Origin: a virus
Direction: 5' to 3' (one strand)
Length of the DNA: 64,000 nucleotides
IMG/VR virus record: IMGVR_UViG_3300031418_000005
Span: 64,001 to 128,000 of that record
The notes beneath the pieces are model-generated. The model made no database searches. It was not told where the DNA came from and saw nothing but the letters and a program-made list of their open reading frames with translations. Position 1 is the first letter of the stretch, and each line of letters starts with the position of its first letter. The position numbers were made by a program, and so were the translations under genes. Below are positions 29,166 to 38,931 of this stretch, one piece after another.

Positions 29166-31450
29166 TATTCTTCACCACCCTCGTCCTCATCTTCGTCTTC
29201 ATCCTCACGCTCATCATTCTTCACATAGGTGATGGCTGCCAGTTCCTCAGCCAACTCCGCATCCAACGATTCGCCGTAGTAATCCGACAGCAGACGGGTA
29301 CGGTTCTTATCCATCATGAACACACCCAGACATTCCAGGATGTGGTAGTAAGGTTCTACTGTTGCAAATGCAGTACGACGGATATCCGCGACATTGATCA
29401 GCTCCTGTGGAATGCCGTAGTTCTCTACCAGGTGCTCTGGCAGAATCAGTGTACGGTAAGTACGGAAGTTGTTCGCTTCAAACCACTGGGTAGCCGAAGC
29501 TTTAATCATCGGATCTTTAATCGACTCCAGCCACTCTTTTACCGCTGTCTTGGTCTGCAGACTCACCGGCAGTTTTACCGCATCATACGGTGGTTCGCCG
29601 ATAAAGCCAAACTTCGGCCCAAAGACCTCGTTGTAGAAGCGGTGGTAGTGATAGTTCTTCTCGTCGTTCTCGTTGTAGGCGGTACGTTCCTTGATGTTGG
29701 TGGTTTTCAGATAACCCGCATTACCACTACGGATGGAGTCGGCCACGGTGTGTTCAATACCGGCGACTTTTTCCAGCAGTGGGATGATTTCAATTTTATC
29801 GCCCCGCGCTACAATCTTACAGAGTTCTTTAATAGTGCGTTTGAACTCTTTCATGATAACCGGCGGAATGTTAGACGTACGCAGAGACACACCCTTCACT
29901 TCGAGCTCTGGGTCTTTCTTCAGCTGGCCTTCCTGTCCGGTAATAATGGAGAAGTAGTGCTTAGCTTTGGTGGTCAGTGCAAAGGAGTCGAACTTGTACT
30001 CGTTCTTCATTGCGTACAGGAACAGACGCTCTTTTGCCACACCGATGTTTGCTGACATACTGGCCATTAAATGGCGCAGGTGTTGCGTCGTCAGGTAAAT
30101 CATCGCATCAGAAACACGGGTTGCTTCAACCCCATAGTGCTTACCGGTGTACCACTTTGCCCACCACTGTGCGGTCATCATCGTGGAGTCGGTATCAGAT
30201 ACTACACCCACGCTACGTACCACATCAGGCATCCTGGCGATGTTAATCGGCAGGTTTTTGGTGGTCAGGATATTCTTAATCAAACACGCATACTGCCCAA
30301 TGGTTTTCTGCAGGTACACCGCAGAGCGAATCAGCTCTTTGTATTTGTCCTGCTTGTCCCACGGCTCAGCTTTGTTCGTGTCTTCATCTTTTAACTTCAC
30401 ATCAGAGAACGACTTACCGAGCGGCACGATATCAGTGCGGAACTGAGAGATAATAATCTCCATGTCCCCATCAATCGATTTCTCAGCGGCGTCCCAATCC
30501 GTGATTTCGTCTTCCATCTCCTCGGCAATCAACGCACCGATAAACCCACGCATGAATTGATCGTTGTACTTGGCCAGGTGATAGAAGTCGCCCATGTACA
30601 CGAACGCTGCACGCGTCAGTGCAGTTGTGTTAGTGGCGTACTGACGAATGAACGCCATACCTTCTGGGTTGATGAAGTAATCTTTCGCAGAATGCTCCAC
30701 CACTTCCATGACTTCGTCGACGGTTGGATAGTGCAGGTTGTATTTGTCCATGCACTCTTTGAATCCAATCCAGTCGGTAAGGGTACCGATAGACAGGAAG
30801 TGATCCAGAACACGCGACGGTGTGTCGTAGTGGCGACGACCGCCCAACAAACGTTCGTTACCGGCATTACCAAACGAAGTCGCTGTACGACAGGTAGATG
30901 TCAGTACCGAGTGCGAAGACTGGTTAAAGATAACGGTGTACGGTGACGAGAACGCGCCCGACATCCCGTTGTTCAAAGTCTTAACGGCGTTCTGTTCGTT
31001 CTTTTTGTTAATCTTTAAGACTTCGTTACCCGCTGCGGCGGCCACGTACATTTCTTTCTTTACCACGGCACGTTTACGCACGTTCTCTGCGGTAAACTCC
31101 GCAAGCTTAGAACGCTTAACATGCTCAGGCACGTAGAAGGTCAATGACGGGGCCGAAATAATTTGCTTGTCAATTACTGTACGGAACAGGCGGTCAACCG
31201 TGGTGTATTTCTCTTCACGGTCGCCGGTCTTTTGGTTGCGCACCCACATCTTACAAACCGGAAATTCATGCAGCAGCTCGCCGCCCGGCTTGAACATATC
31301 TTCAACTTGCTCACGGCAAAACTCAATCGAGTATTTACCGGCAGTTACGGTGTGGATGTATAAGGCCAACTGTTCGTAGTACGCATCGATAATGTCGATA
31401 TCTCGATGGTATTCGTCTTGCGATAGACGAAATGGTGAGTTGTATTCCAC
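29165..31450 (-). CDS. Split family-B DNA polymerase, catalytic (palm/thumb) subunit (phiKZ gp50-like)
   Basis: Motif B QNAVKTLNNGMSG, motif C SDTDS, plus KAKHY and EVKGV. Confidence 0.88.
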   Translation of the reverse strand: MEYNSPFRLSQDEYHRDIDIIDAYYEQLALYIHTVTAGKYSIEFCREQVEDMFKPGGELLHEFPVCKMWVRNQKTGDREEKYTTVDRLFRTVIDKQIISAPSLTFYVPEHVKRSKLAEFTAENVRKRAVVKKEMYVAAAAGNEVLKINKKNEQNAVKTLNNGMSGAFSSPYTVIFNQSSHSVLTSTCRTATSFGNAGNERLLGGRRHYDTPSRVLDHFLSIGTLTDWIGFKECMDKYNLHYPTVDEVMEVVEHSAKDYFINPEGMAFIRQYATNTTALTRAAFVYMGDFYHLAKYNDQFMRGFIGALIAEEMEDEITDWDAAEKSIDGDMEIIISQFRTDIVPLGKSFSDVKLKDEDTNKAEPWDKQDKYKELIRSAVYLQKTIGQYACLIKNILTTKNLPINIARMPDVVRSVGVVSDTDSTMMTAQWWAKWYTGKHYGVEATRVSDAMIYLTTQHLRHLMASMSANIGVAKERLFLYAMKNEYKFDSFALTTKAKHYFSIITGQEGQLKKDPELEVKGVSLRTSNIPPVIMKEFKRTIKELCKIVARGDKIEIIPLLEKVAGIEHTVADSIRSGNAGYLKTTNIKERTAYNENDEKNYHYHRFYNEVFGPKFGFIGEPPYDAVKLPVSLQTKTAVKEWLESIKDPMIKASATQWFEANNFRTYRTLILPEHLVENYGIPQELINVADIRRTAFATVEPYYHILECLGVFMMDKNRTRLLSDYYGESLDAELAEELAAITYVKNDEREDEDEDEDEGGEE

Positions 31451-31498
31451 GTCTGGCCCCTTGGTGTATTCTCAGCTATAAGACTGGTCAGATACGTG

Positions 31499-31541
31499 AA
31501 AAAAGAAAAAAAAAAAGAAAGCCCACTCCGAAGAGTGGGTC
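31499..31541 (-). terminator. Intrinsic terminator
   Basis: CCCACTC-TTCG-GAGTGGG followed by a long T-tract. The same stem occurs at 38683. Confidence 0.8.
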
Positions 31542-31545
31542 AATC

Positions 31546-31959
31546 TTAACCTGCCACGTTTTCAATGATTTCAAACTTCACATCATTGAACCCGCGCGCT
31601 GCCAGTGCCAGTTTCAGGTCATCGATTTCCTGTTTGTTATCCAGGGTCACTTTGAACTGTACCTGGATGGTCTGCACGATAGCGACATTACGAATCCACG
31701 CATCTGCCGCAACCGTTGGTTTGCCATCCGCACCTTTAAACAGCAGGTAGGTGTATTTGGTCGGATCGTCATCCGGTTGTGCGACGAGAGAAGAATAGAT
31801 GTTCTTCTGTTCGGCTCGCACATCCATATACGTTTTCGCCAGGTCGAAACCCACGTTGGAGGCCAGCACCAGTACGCGGGATTCATTGCCTTTTAGTGGG
31901 GTGTCATAAACGATGTTTATCACGCTCCCCGGTTCGATACTCTTAACGTCGTACATCAC
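31546..31959 (-). CDS. Conserved chimallivirus protein (phiKZ gp49-like position)
   Basis: 137 aa, last gene of the coupled operon. Confidence 0.6.
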   Translation of the reverse strand: MMYDVKSIEPGSVINIVYDTPLKGNESRVLVLASNVGFDLAKTYMDVRAEQKNIYSSLVAQPDDDPTKYTYLLFKGADGKPTVAADAWIRNVAIVQTIQVQFKVTLDNKQEIDDLKLALAARGFNDVKFEIIENVAG

Positions 31960-32552
31960 TCCTCCGGGACATCTACCATCAACTTCAAATCAAGTGCCGA
32001 CATCCCTTCCACCGGAAAGTGAATGTACAGGTCGAAGCTCTTGACTTGGTCTTTGTGTACGGTCATAAACATATCCATCGGTTCGGCGAAATGTTCCTTG
32101 ACTGCATCACAGATGGCCTGCAGCATCAAACCATTGGCATATTCGCGCAGGACATCCCACGCAGATTCACCCTGAGTCTTACACTGTTCGTAGACAGCCA
32201 ACAACGGTTTCAGGTCATCGAACACGACACTCGGTGACCCGCTTTCCATCATCTCGTCAAACTTCCAGCGACGGTACTCAACATTCAACGCCCTCAGGTA
32301 TTCGCTCAGCTGATGGAAATCTGAACGGGTGCCAGGGAAACGCAGTTCCCGTGTGGAAGACAACAGCGCCCAACCGGTATTCCGGTGGAGCTCCGCTTCA
32401 TTCAATTCTTCCACCGGTAAACTGATATGGAGTCGGGGGATGCTGCGGATGTACTGAATCACCCGCTGCAAGAACCATTCGCCATCGTTTACATAACCCA
32501 GCACACCTAAGTCGACGCAAATAAGGTGGTTCGCTCTCACCCTATATAACAT
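31956..32552 (-). CDS. Hypothetical protein
   Basis: 198-aa ORF in the coupled operon. Confidence 0.55.
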   Translation of the reverse strand: MLYRVRANHLICVDLGVLGYVNDGEWFLQRVIQYIRSIPRLHISLPVEELNEAELHRNTGWALLSSTRELRFPGTRSDFHQLSEYLRALNVEYRRWKFDEMMESGSPSVVFDDLKPLLAVYEQCKTQGESAWDVLREYANGLMLQAICDAVKEHFAEPMDMFMTVHKDQVKSFDLYIHFPVEGMSALDLKLMVDVPEE

Positions 32553-32561
32553 CTTCGCCCC

Positions 32562-32993
32562 TTAACATTCTACGCAAATGGTTGCACTACCTATCTCTTT
32601 CATAAGGAGAGAGACCTGGGTGCGTTTAGCCGCTTCTTCTCGCGGAAGACCGGTTTCTGTCCACATCCGCTCCACAGTATTGAGGATACGGGTAAACTGA
32701 ACGTCTTCGCTAATCTTCCACGACATGTGCGACATCAGCAACGGTACCACCTTCTCGCGACCCCACATTTGGGATAACTGCGTCACAATAAGATGAGGCT
32801 CAGGTGCAATAAAGGTTAAGAACCCTTCACCCTCACCGGCACGCTTTGCAATAGAACGCACGGTTTCTTCGGCGTACTTCGCCAGAAATAAATAAGCGAT
32901 AGCGGGCTCCACCTCGTTCTCGTTCGCGAGGTGTGCCCGTTCAATCAGCTCATCAAAGTTGTAGATTTCCGCCACGTCCAAGTAAAGTTTCAT
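32562..32993 (-). CDS. Hypothetical protein
   Basis: 143-aa ORF in the operon. Confidence 0.55.
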   Translation of the reverse strand: MKLYLDVAEIYNFDELIERAHLANENEVEPAIAYLFLAKYAEETVRSIAKRAGEGEGFLTFIAPEPHLIVTQLSQMWGREKVVPLLMSHMSWKISEDVQFTRILNTVERMWTETGLPREEAAKRTQVSLLMKEIGSATICVEC

Positions 32994-33543
32994 TGCAGAT
33001 CACCACCATACCTTCAAATGATTCCCCGATGTAACTGACGATTTCGCCTGGTAACATCGATTCAATCAGAGCAGCTAACCCGGTTCGGGTAGATAGCTCT
33101 TTTGTTAGTTGCTCCTTCGCTGCCACCAATGCAGCGAAATGATTTAGCTCATCGCTGTCTTCGGCACAGAGAAACGTGCTGCTCTCGTCTTCGGTTTCTG
33201 AGAACGCATCATCGATAATAAGCATGTGTTGTGGCAACAGCTTATCACCGGGATTCGCACCTAATTGAATTTCCATGCCGGATGAGTCGCATTGCGGATT
33301 CCAGTTCCCAATCGGGTTACAGGTCATGTGCATCAGCAAACTGTCAAGCATGTCTGGGTTGCGGTACTTGGTAGCAATGATGTACGCCCAGGCATAGTCC
33401 TGATAGAACTGCCGAATGTTGTGTTCAGCAATTTCCAGATTTCCGGCCTCGATACAACCGAGGACGTTATCGCGCACATTCTCAAAGAACTTTAACGAGC
33501 CATAACGGTTGACTTCGTTGGGCACGTCGTAAATGAGTCTCAT
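32953..33543 (-). CDS. Hypothetical protein
   Basis: 196 aa with a GGAGG SD. Confidence 0.55.
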   Translation of the reverse strand: MRLIYDVPNEVNRYGSLKFFENVRDNVLGCIEAGNLEIAEHNIRQFYQDYAWAYIIATKYRNPDMLDSLLMHMTCNPIGNWNPQCDSSGMEIQLGANPGDKLLPQHMLIIDDAFSETEDESSTFLCAEDSDELNHFAALVAAKEQLTKELSTRTGLAALIESMLPGEIVSYIGESFEGMVVICNETLLGRGGNLQL

Positions 33544-34049
33544 AGCTTCCCTCCAAGATTACCAAACAGCATTTCGATTACTGCCAGTAATGTTGGCGTC
33601 ACACGCTCAGCCATCCCTGGTTGTTCGTATTGTGGAAACTTCTGCATGGAATAACGCAGCAGAAACTCAACACCCCCGGTGCGACTTTTCGCACCGTATC
33701 GCGCACCTACCCAGGTTCCGTATCGAGTAAACCAATACGGGTGGTTAGACACGGCGGTCATAAACGCTTTGCCGACTTCCTGAATAGCGACAGCGTACTC
33801 AATCACTGCGTCACCTTCGATGACGTAGCCGTGGGAGTTCAGTTCACGCGCCACGTAGTCAAACGTCTTCGGCATACTGAATCCCACGTTGTCCCCAATG
33901 GTACCCTTTTCCACAAACGACATCGCCAAATTGATGATGCTGTTCAGGTCATCATTCACCTCTCGAAGAACGGCATTGGGATCGAACTCCGAGAGCGGAC
34001 CGCAGATAAGCTGGTAGTCCGGGATAAAGAAATATTCGCTATCCAACAT
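33540..34049 (-). CDS. Hypothetical protein
   Basis: 169 aa with an AGGAG SD. Confidence 0.55.
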   Translation of the reverse strand: MLDSEYFFIPDYQLICGPLSEFDPNAVLREVNDDLNSIINLAMSFVEKGTIGDNVGFSMPKTFDYVARELNSHGYVIEGDAVIEYAVAIQEVGKAFMTAVSNHPYWFTRYGTWVGARYGAKSRTGGVEFLLRYSMQKFPQYEQPGMAERVTPTLLAVIEMLFGNLGGKL

Positions 34050-34434
34050 GGGTCACTCCTGCTGTATACATTTTCCAGATTCCGAACTCCACATGCCAGA
34101 GCAGAAAATCAGAACTGGGGAGCATGGTCAACTCCTGTTCCACTAATTCCCATAAACGAGTGGAATGCTGTAAATAAGTTTCGATTGCTCGACTGTTGAA
34201 GTATTCTTCGTTAGGGTCAAGTATCGGGTGCCGTCTTACCATATCGCCAAAGATATCACGGAGTATGGGATACGCAATGTCATGACGACGTCGCATAACC
34301 TCCAACCGGATAAGTTGCTCGAGATAGTAATCAACTGTATCCGATACATCCAGATAACCCTTGTACGCAAACTTCTTGACAATCGACATGATTTCCGTAT
34401 AGGTGTGCGGAAAGTCAAGGTAGATAGTCATCAT
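34039..34434 (-). CDS. Hypothetical protein
   Basis: 131-aa ORF in the operon. Confidence 0.55.
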   Translation of the reverse strand: MMTIYLDFPHTYTEIMSIVKKFAYKGYLDVSDTVDYYLEQLIRLEVMRRRHDIAYPILRDIFGDMVRRHPILDPNEEYFNSRAIETYLQHSTRLWELVEQELTMLPSSDFLLWHVEFGIWKMYTAGVTHVG

Positions 34435-34783
34435 AAATGTCAGTCATCTTCCGAGGGATAAAGCGGATAAACCTACCCACTATCCGGTAGTGATATCGCC
34501 AGCCTTTGAGAGGAATGCCCATTTCCTCACTCATGGCCTGACGGACATGTACTGCCATCATGCTTACTTCGGCAGCGGTAGAACGCCGGTAACAATTTAC
34601 GATAGCCGCCACGACACGACTGTCCCATGCACCGTGTTCGGTTACATTGCCCACGAAATACTCAATCAAGTCCAGGATAATGTGTTTGATTTGCTGCACG
34701 TCGTAACCTTCCCGACGAACCAGCACATCATCATTCAAAATCCTCAGATACGCCTTGCTCGCGATATGGTCGATGAGCGTCAT
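34415..34783 (-). CDS. Hypothetical protein
   Basis: Likely start MTLIDHIA at 34783. Confidence 0.5.
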   Translation of the reverse strand: MTLIDHIASKAYLRILNDDVLVRREGYDVQQIKHIILDLIEYFVGNVTEHGAWDSRVVAAIVNCYRRSTAAEVSMMAVHVRQAMSEEMGIPLKGWRYHYRIVGRFIRFIPRKMTDIYDDYLP

Positions 34784-35384
34784 GTGGACGATATCTTTTG
34801 TTTGGGAAGGACTTGCGGTAGTGGATGAATCTGATGTCCTCTCCAATTTTGAGCTCCAGTGAGGCCACTTGACCACGCGGGGTAAGATGAGGTTCAACCT
34901 CTACCGTCGCGTAACGATTGAACGGCTGCTTCGCGGCAATGAACGCAGCTTTGATAACGTTCTCGACTTCATCGAGAAACACATCGTAGCAAGGTTCAAA
35001 CGCTATCCCCAACAGATAACGCGTTGGTTTTAACACCGCGACTTCCTGACGATTATATCCCATTGGTGACGAACCCAACCCGTCATGGGAAACCATCATT
35101 GTCCGGCGCTGAATCCGTTTCGGTGGGGCGATGAGTTGGTCAGCGACTAATGCCATTGACAAATCAAACGCATCCACAAACGGTTCCAGATGATCCGGTA
35201 AACGACAGTTTGGTTGTTCAGGAATGGAGTAGAAGATATCTTCCAGTGCTGTGTGAAGTAGCTGTACAGTAACAGTCTGCTTCTCTTGGGGTGTCATCCG
35301 CAAAGTGGTAGCATATGAGGATGATTCCACTGCGCTCCAGAAGCAATTATGAACCGCATTTGGCTCGAGGTGAATTCTGACCAC
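34731..35384 (-). CDS. Hypothetical protein
   Basis: 217-aa ORF; the start could be MTPQEK at 35297. Confidence 0.5.
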   Translation of the reverse strand: MVRIHLEPNAVHNCFWSAVESSSYATTLRMTPQEKQTVTVQLLHTALEDIFYSIPEQPNCRLPDHLEPFVDAFDLSMALVADQLIAPPKRIQRRTMMVSHDGLGSSPMGYNRQEVAVLKPTRYLLGIAFEPCYDVFLDEVENVIKAAFIAAKQPFNRYATVEVEPHLTPRGQVASLELKIGEDIRFIHYRKSFPNKRYRPHDAHRPYREQGVSEDFE

Positions 35385-35617
35385 GTTTGCACAACTCCGT
35401 TATTATAAAGGAAAGGATTACGATGGTATGGACCGAGTGCCGAGATCGTGTACCACGCTTCCGAGCCGAAATATCTTTCGGCAATGCTTAATTGCTCAGA
35501 CGGTAAGTCATGAAGTCCAGGAAAGATTAACTCTTGCATACAGAGCAAGGTTAGTTCCGGACTGGTATCAAGAATGTGACTCACGTCTAATCGAAAATTG
35601 AAAAACACGCGCGTCAT
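35294..35617 (-). CDS. Hypothetical protein, first gene of the early operon
   Basis: AAGGAG SD with an early-promoter motif directly upstream. Confidence 0.55.
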   Translation of the reverse strand: MTRVFFNFRLDVSHILDTSPELTLLCMQELIFPGLHDLPSEQLSIAERYFGSEAWYTISALGPYHRNPFLYNNGVVQTWSEFTSSQMRFIIASGAQWNHPHMLPLCG

Positions 35618-35646
35618 TTAATACTCCTTAAGGGGAACTTCACGAA

Positions 35647-35658
35647 GATAATATCTAT
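35647..35658 (-). promoter_or_regulatory. Putative early promoter motif ATAGATATTATC
   Basis: Exact copy of the recurrent 12-mer. Confidence 0.65.
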
Positions 35659-35777
35659 GCAAAATATCTTCGAGTATGGTGCGCACAGGAAGGGCGCTAC
35701 GCGTATTTTTTATTGGCAGTATACACTGCATTACCCGATGCTATGAATCGTCGTACGTGCTTCACAGGAGCTCTAGA

Positions 35778-36590
35778 ATGAGTGTTATCGATTATTGCCT
35801 CCGGCGTGTACGTCGGAAAATACCGGAGCCCATTTTACGGGCTGCGTTTGTCCCGGAGAACATGCGCCTGCTTGGCATCGCCTCGTCTCTGGATAATGAG
35901 ATTATGGAAAAGGTCTTTAAAGAGTATCTGATCCCTGAGGTCTCCCGCATGGGTCAATACACCGAGATTGACTTACAGGGGGTCGCCTTTGAAAACGATA
36001 CGCAAGACTACTACAGTCGTGTCTATTACATCGACGACATCAAAACCGGTGGTCGTCCGCTTATTGATGCACATCTCGCGGTCACTCCGGTCGCCGGGCA
36101 GGCGTACACGCTACCGCCCGCAGGTTCATATCTTGACGGTGCAACGTCCGGGATAATGGCCTCGACTCAACAGGTGGTGGATAGCCAGTCTGCAATGCCG
36201 CGTATCGGTTCCCCAGAATGTAAAGTGTTGGGGCCGAATGTCATCCGTATCAAAGATCCTGGTATGTTTGTGTACGCCACCAAAATCATGGCGAAGTTCA
36301 TGCTGTCCGATGACCTGAACGAAATCAAAGCGCCTTTCTGGCCGGTGGTTGCCGATCTGGCCGTCTATGCTACCAAAGAACAAATCTATAACAAGATGAT
36401 GTTCGATATGGACGCCGGGAAGATTGAAAACGGGATGGAGTTTGGTGCCTTCCGTAATATCATCGAAGGGTACTCAGATGCCGGTGAGATGTTTGATGAT
36501 AATCTCCCGCGTATGCAGCGTGCACTGGTACACAACGATGACCTGGGCAACCGTTACAACTATCTGAATGGCGGACGCTACAAAGCGTAA
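35778..36590 (+). CDS. Probable virion structural protein (phiKZ gp42-like)
   Basis: Start MSVIDY with an AGGAG SD and an IPEPIL N-terminal motif. Synteny supports the call. Confidence 0.55.
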   Translation: MSVIDYCLRRVRRKIPEPILRAAFVPENMRLLGIASSLDNEIMEKVFKEYLIPEVSRMGQYTEIDLQGVAFENDTQDYYSRVYYIDDIKTGGRPLIDAHLAVTPVAGQAYTLPPAGSYLDGATSGIMASTQQVVDSQSAMPRIGSPECKVLGPNVIRIKDPGMFVYATKIMAKFMLSDDLNEIKAPFWPVVADLAVYATKEQIYNKMMFDMDAGKIENGMEFGAFRNIIEGYSDAGEMFDDNLPRMQRALVHNDDLGNRYNYLNGGRYKA

Positions 36591-36591
36591 G

Positions 36592-36640
36592 AAAAAAAGA
36601 AACATCCCCCTACTCTTTCGAGTAGGGGTACTTCTTTTTT
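36592..36640. terminator. Bidirectional terminator
   Basis: A-tract, CCCCCTACTC-TTTC-GAGTAGGGGG hairpin, T-tract. Confidence 0.8.
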
Positions 36641-37028
36641 AACTGCCCTGGGTTAACATGTTCTTCAAATGGCACGCGGTACCGGCAGCCCACGCATCAC
36701 CTTCACGAACCACCTCGGACTGCGCGTTAAGTAAGCGGCGCAAAGAGATAATGTTTTCAGCCTCACCCGCAACCGGGAATCGGGCAGGTTGAGTGGCGCT
36801 TGCAACATAGGCTTCGACATCGTCAAAACCGTCTGGTACAGACCAGTCAATTTCCGCGTCAGCGGCCACATCCAAATGTCGCGTGTTGTGGTGTTCATCC
36901 GGATGAAATGTGAAACCCCACAACGTCATCTCGATGAGTGCGGCATCGAGTTCAGTGCGTGGCTTGATATTCTGAAGAGAATCCGGGTGAGCCATAATCA
37001 CGTCCATCGGACGCAGTTTCTTCTTCAT
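36639..37028 (-). CDS. Hypothetical protein
   Basis: Start MKKKLRP with an AAGGAG SD. Confidence 0.55.
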   Translation of the reverse strand: MKKKLRPMDVIMAHPDSLQNIKPRTELDAALIEMTLWGFTFHPDEHHNTRHLDVAADAEIDWSVPDGFDDVEAYVASATQPARFPVAGEAENIISLRRLLNAQSEVVREGDAWAAGTACHLKNMLTQGS

Positions 37029-37096
37029 GATACGTCTCCTTTGGAATCTATTACAGCACAGACTCCCAAAAGGATTGGTAGGTGCCGTAAAAAAGG

Positions 37097-37504
37097 TCAA
37101 TGTAGGGTGGACAATGTTTTATAGTGTTTGAGTTGGAATGTATAAAACCCGTCCAGTAACACCGCGAAAATCTCCTCATAGGGATGGCTTTTGCTTTTGA
37201 GTGCCAGCGCCATCTCTTTCATAAACGAGTTGATAAACCGTTCGGTGGGTGAAGTGCATTCGGTACGCGTGATGTTAATCCCGGTATCAACAACGGGGAT
37301 ATCCGGGCCACGGCGAAACCCTACAGCTTTAATTGCTGACAGAGACTGGAACCAGTGAATGTAATCTGGGTGCATTGTCAACAGGGGAATCAAATCCAGG
37401 AAAAGGTGTTGCTCCCATTCACAACCGGGTAAGCAGGTGGTTGGGATTTGCCCGTCACTCAGGGCGGAGTAAAACTCGATGTGGTTTAAGCTTGTATGTT
37501 TCAC
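37097..37504 (-). CDS. Hypothetical protein
   Basis: GTG start with an AGGAGG SD. Confidence 0.55.
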   Translation of the reverse strand: MKHTSLNHIEFYSALSDGQIPTTCLPGCEWEQHLFLDLIPLLTMHPDYIHWFQSLSAIKAVGFRRGPDIPVVDTGINITRTECTSPTERFINSFMKEMALALKSKSHPYEEIFAVLLDGFYTFQLKHYKTLSTLH

Positions 37505-37591
37505 GGCGACTACCTCCTATAACTATTAGCAGAGCCGTAAAAATGCAAAAAAAAAATGGGGCCACAAAGGACCCCAAAGCATCGACTTCAC

Positions 37592-38563
37592 CTACAATAC
37601 GGTGTGCCAGTCTTCGGGAGTAAACATATCGAAGACGTCGTTTGGCATGGTTACACTGATAGTATTTTTCGGTGTGGTGTAACCGATTGGAAAGACCTGG
37701 TCGACTTGCGGTAAGTTCAAGCGCATGTACCCAGTTGGGTCAATGCTATCACCGAAGACGTGGTTATTGAGAATCAAGGAACGGTGGTACATCGTGTACG
37801 CTGGGAAGATATCCGGCGACGTCAGTACCGTTAACACATCAGAGCGCAGACGATTGAACTCATGACGGCTAATGATTTCTTTGTCCCGGCGCATAGCTTG
37901 CAAGTCGAGATAACGGGCAATGTCATAACCGTCTTGCATCGGGTTCACCCAGTGGGCTTTACGGTCGAAACGACTTCCGTGTAACGTCCGATGAATGCGT
38001 TCACCTGCCCGCCAGGCTGACAGAACTTCTTTCACGTTAAAGGTATCCGCCGGAGGCGGTACTTCTACCCTCTGCGTCATTATCCGACGGCCGGTTAATT
38101 GCTGGGCATCGTCTTGTGCACCCACGGCATCGAACAGGTCACGCAAGACACGGGTCTTGATACGCAACCCACCGTTGACGTAGGTCAAACGACGACCGAG
38201 ACCTTCACCGCCATGTTCCGTATACAGAGCCTGGCCAAAGTGGCGGATAAACTCTATTACGGTAAACTCGGCACTAAAGGTTGGTGACTCGTAGTGCATC
38301 TTCACATACGGGCTGGTTGGGATGTGATTCATTTCCTGGTCACGCCAGAAATAGAAACGGAACTTGTGGCGGTCGTACGTCAGGGCATCGGCTACCGCAC
38401 GGTACGCATTCCAGAACTCGTAGTTCGCACTCGGCAACGCTACGTAGTTATCAAAGTGCAAAGGCAGGAACGGACGAATCCGGGTGGCTTCTTCACGGCT
38501 GTAGTGGGCGGCTACTAAACCATCAATAGCAGAAGCAGCAGTAGGGCGGTAATTACGTGGCAT
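37592..38563 (-). CDS. Hypothetical early protein
   Basis: 323 aa with an AAGGAG SD and a conserved promoter/leader upstream. Confidence 0.6.
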   Translation of the reverse strand: MPRNYRPTAASAIDGLVAAHYSREEATRIRPFLPLHFDNYVALPSANYEFWNAYRAVADALTYDRHKFRFYFWRDQEMNHIPTSPYVKMHYESPTFSAEFTVIEFIRHFGQALYTEHGGEGLGRRLTYVNGGLRIKTRVLRDLFDAVGAQDDAQQLTGRRIMTQRVEVPPPADTFNVKEVLSAWRAGERIHRTLHGSRFDRKAHWVNPMQDGYDIARYLDLQAMRRDKEIISRHEFNRLRSDVLTVLTSPDIFPAYTMYHRSLILNNHVFGDSIDPTGYMRLNLPQVDQVFPIGYTTPKNTISVTMPNDVFDMFTPEDWHTVL

Positions 38564-38569
38564 GGTATA

Positions 38570-38661
38570 ACTCCTTTAAGGCTATAGTCGAATGGGTCGC
38601 TTGGAGATAAGGTTTTCTCATCTCGTATAGGTAAAATATATCTGTGATATTTTCGAATGCA
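38570..38661 (-). promoter_or_regulatory. Promoter/leader cassette, paralogous to 61905-61986
   Basis: TGCATTCGAAA-n5-ACAGATATATTTTAC, a hairpin, then TCGACTATARCCTTAA(A)GGAG. Confidence 0.65.
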
Positions 38662-38703
38662 AAAAAAATAAAAAAGAATACACCCACTCCGAAGAGTGGG
38701 TGC
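38661..38703 (-). terminator. Terminator closing the tRNA/ncRNA array
   Basis: CACCCACTC-TTCG-GAGTGGGTG followed by T-tracts. Confidence 0.8.
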
Positions 38704-38867
38704 TTCCCTGGTACTGGCATTGAAATTACAACAGGAGCGTCTTCCTGGGCAGAACGCGGGTCGCGTTCGGAAGACATTTAGCGCATCGGCATGGGCTAAT
38801 TGATTCCGGTTACATCCGCACCAACGCACCAGGCAGGGTTCACGGAAATGATGATGCAACCAGAAAG

Positions 38868-38931
38868 TGGTTCACCATCCCGTACCCCGAAACGCGTCTG
38901 GAGACTAACGTAAAGGATACGGAACAGCGAA
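38868..38931 (-). ncRNA. CCA-terminated long-stem RNA (tRNA-like)
   Basis: TTCGCTGTTCCGTATCC pairs with GGGTACGGGATGGTGAA (17 bp including G-U pairs), followed directly by CCA. Confidence 0.45.
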
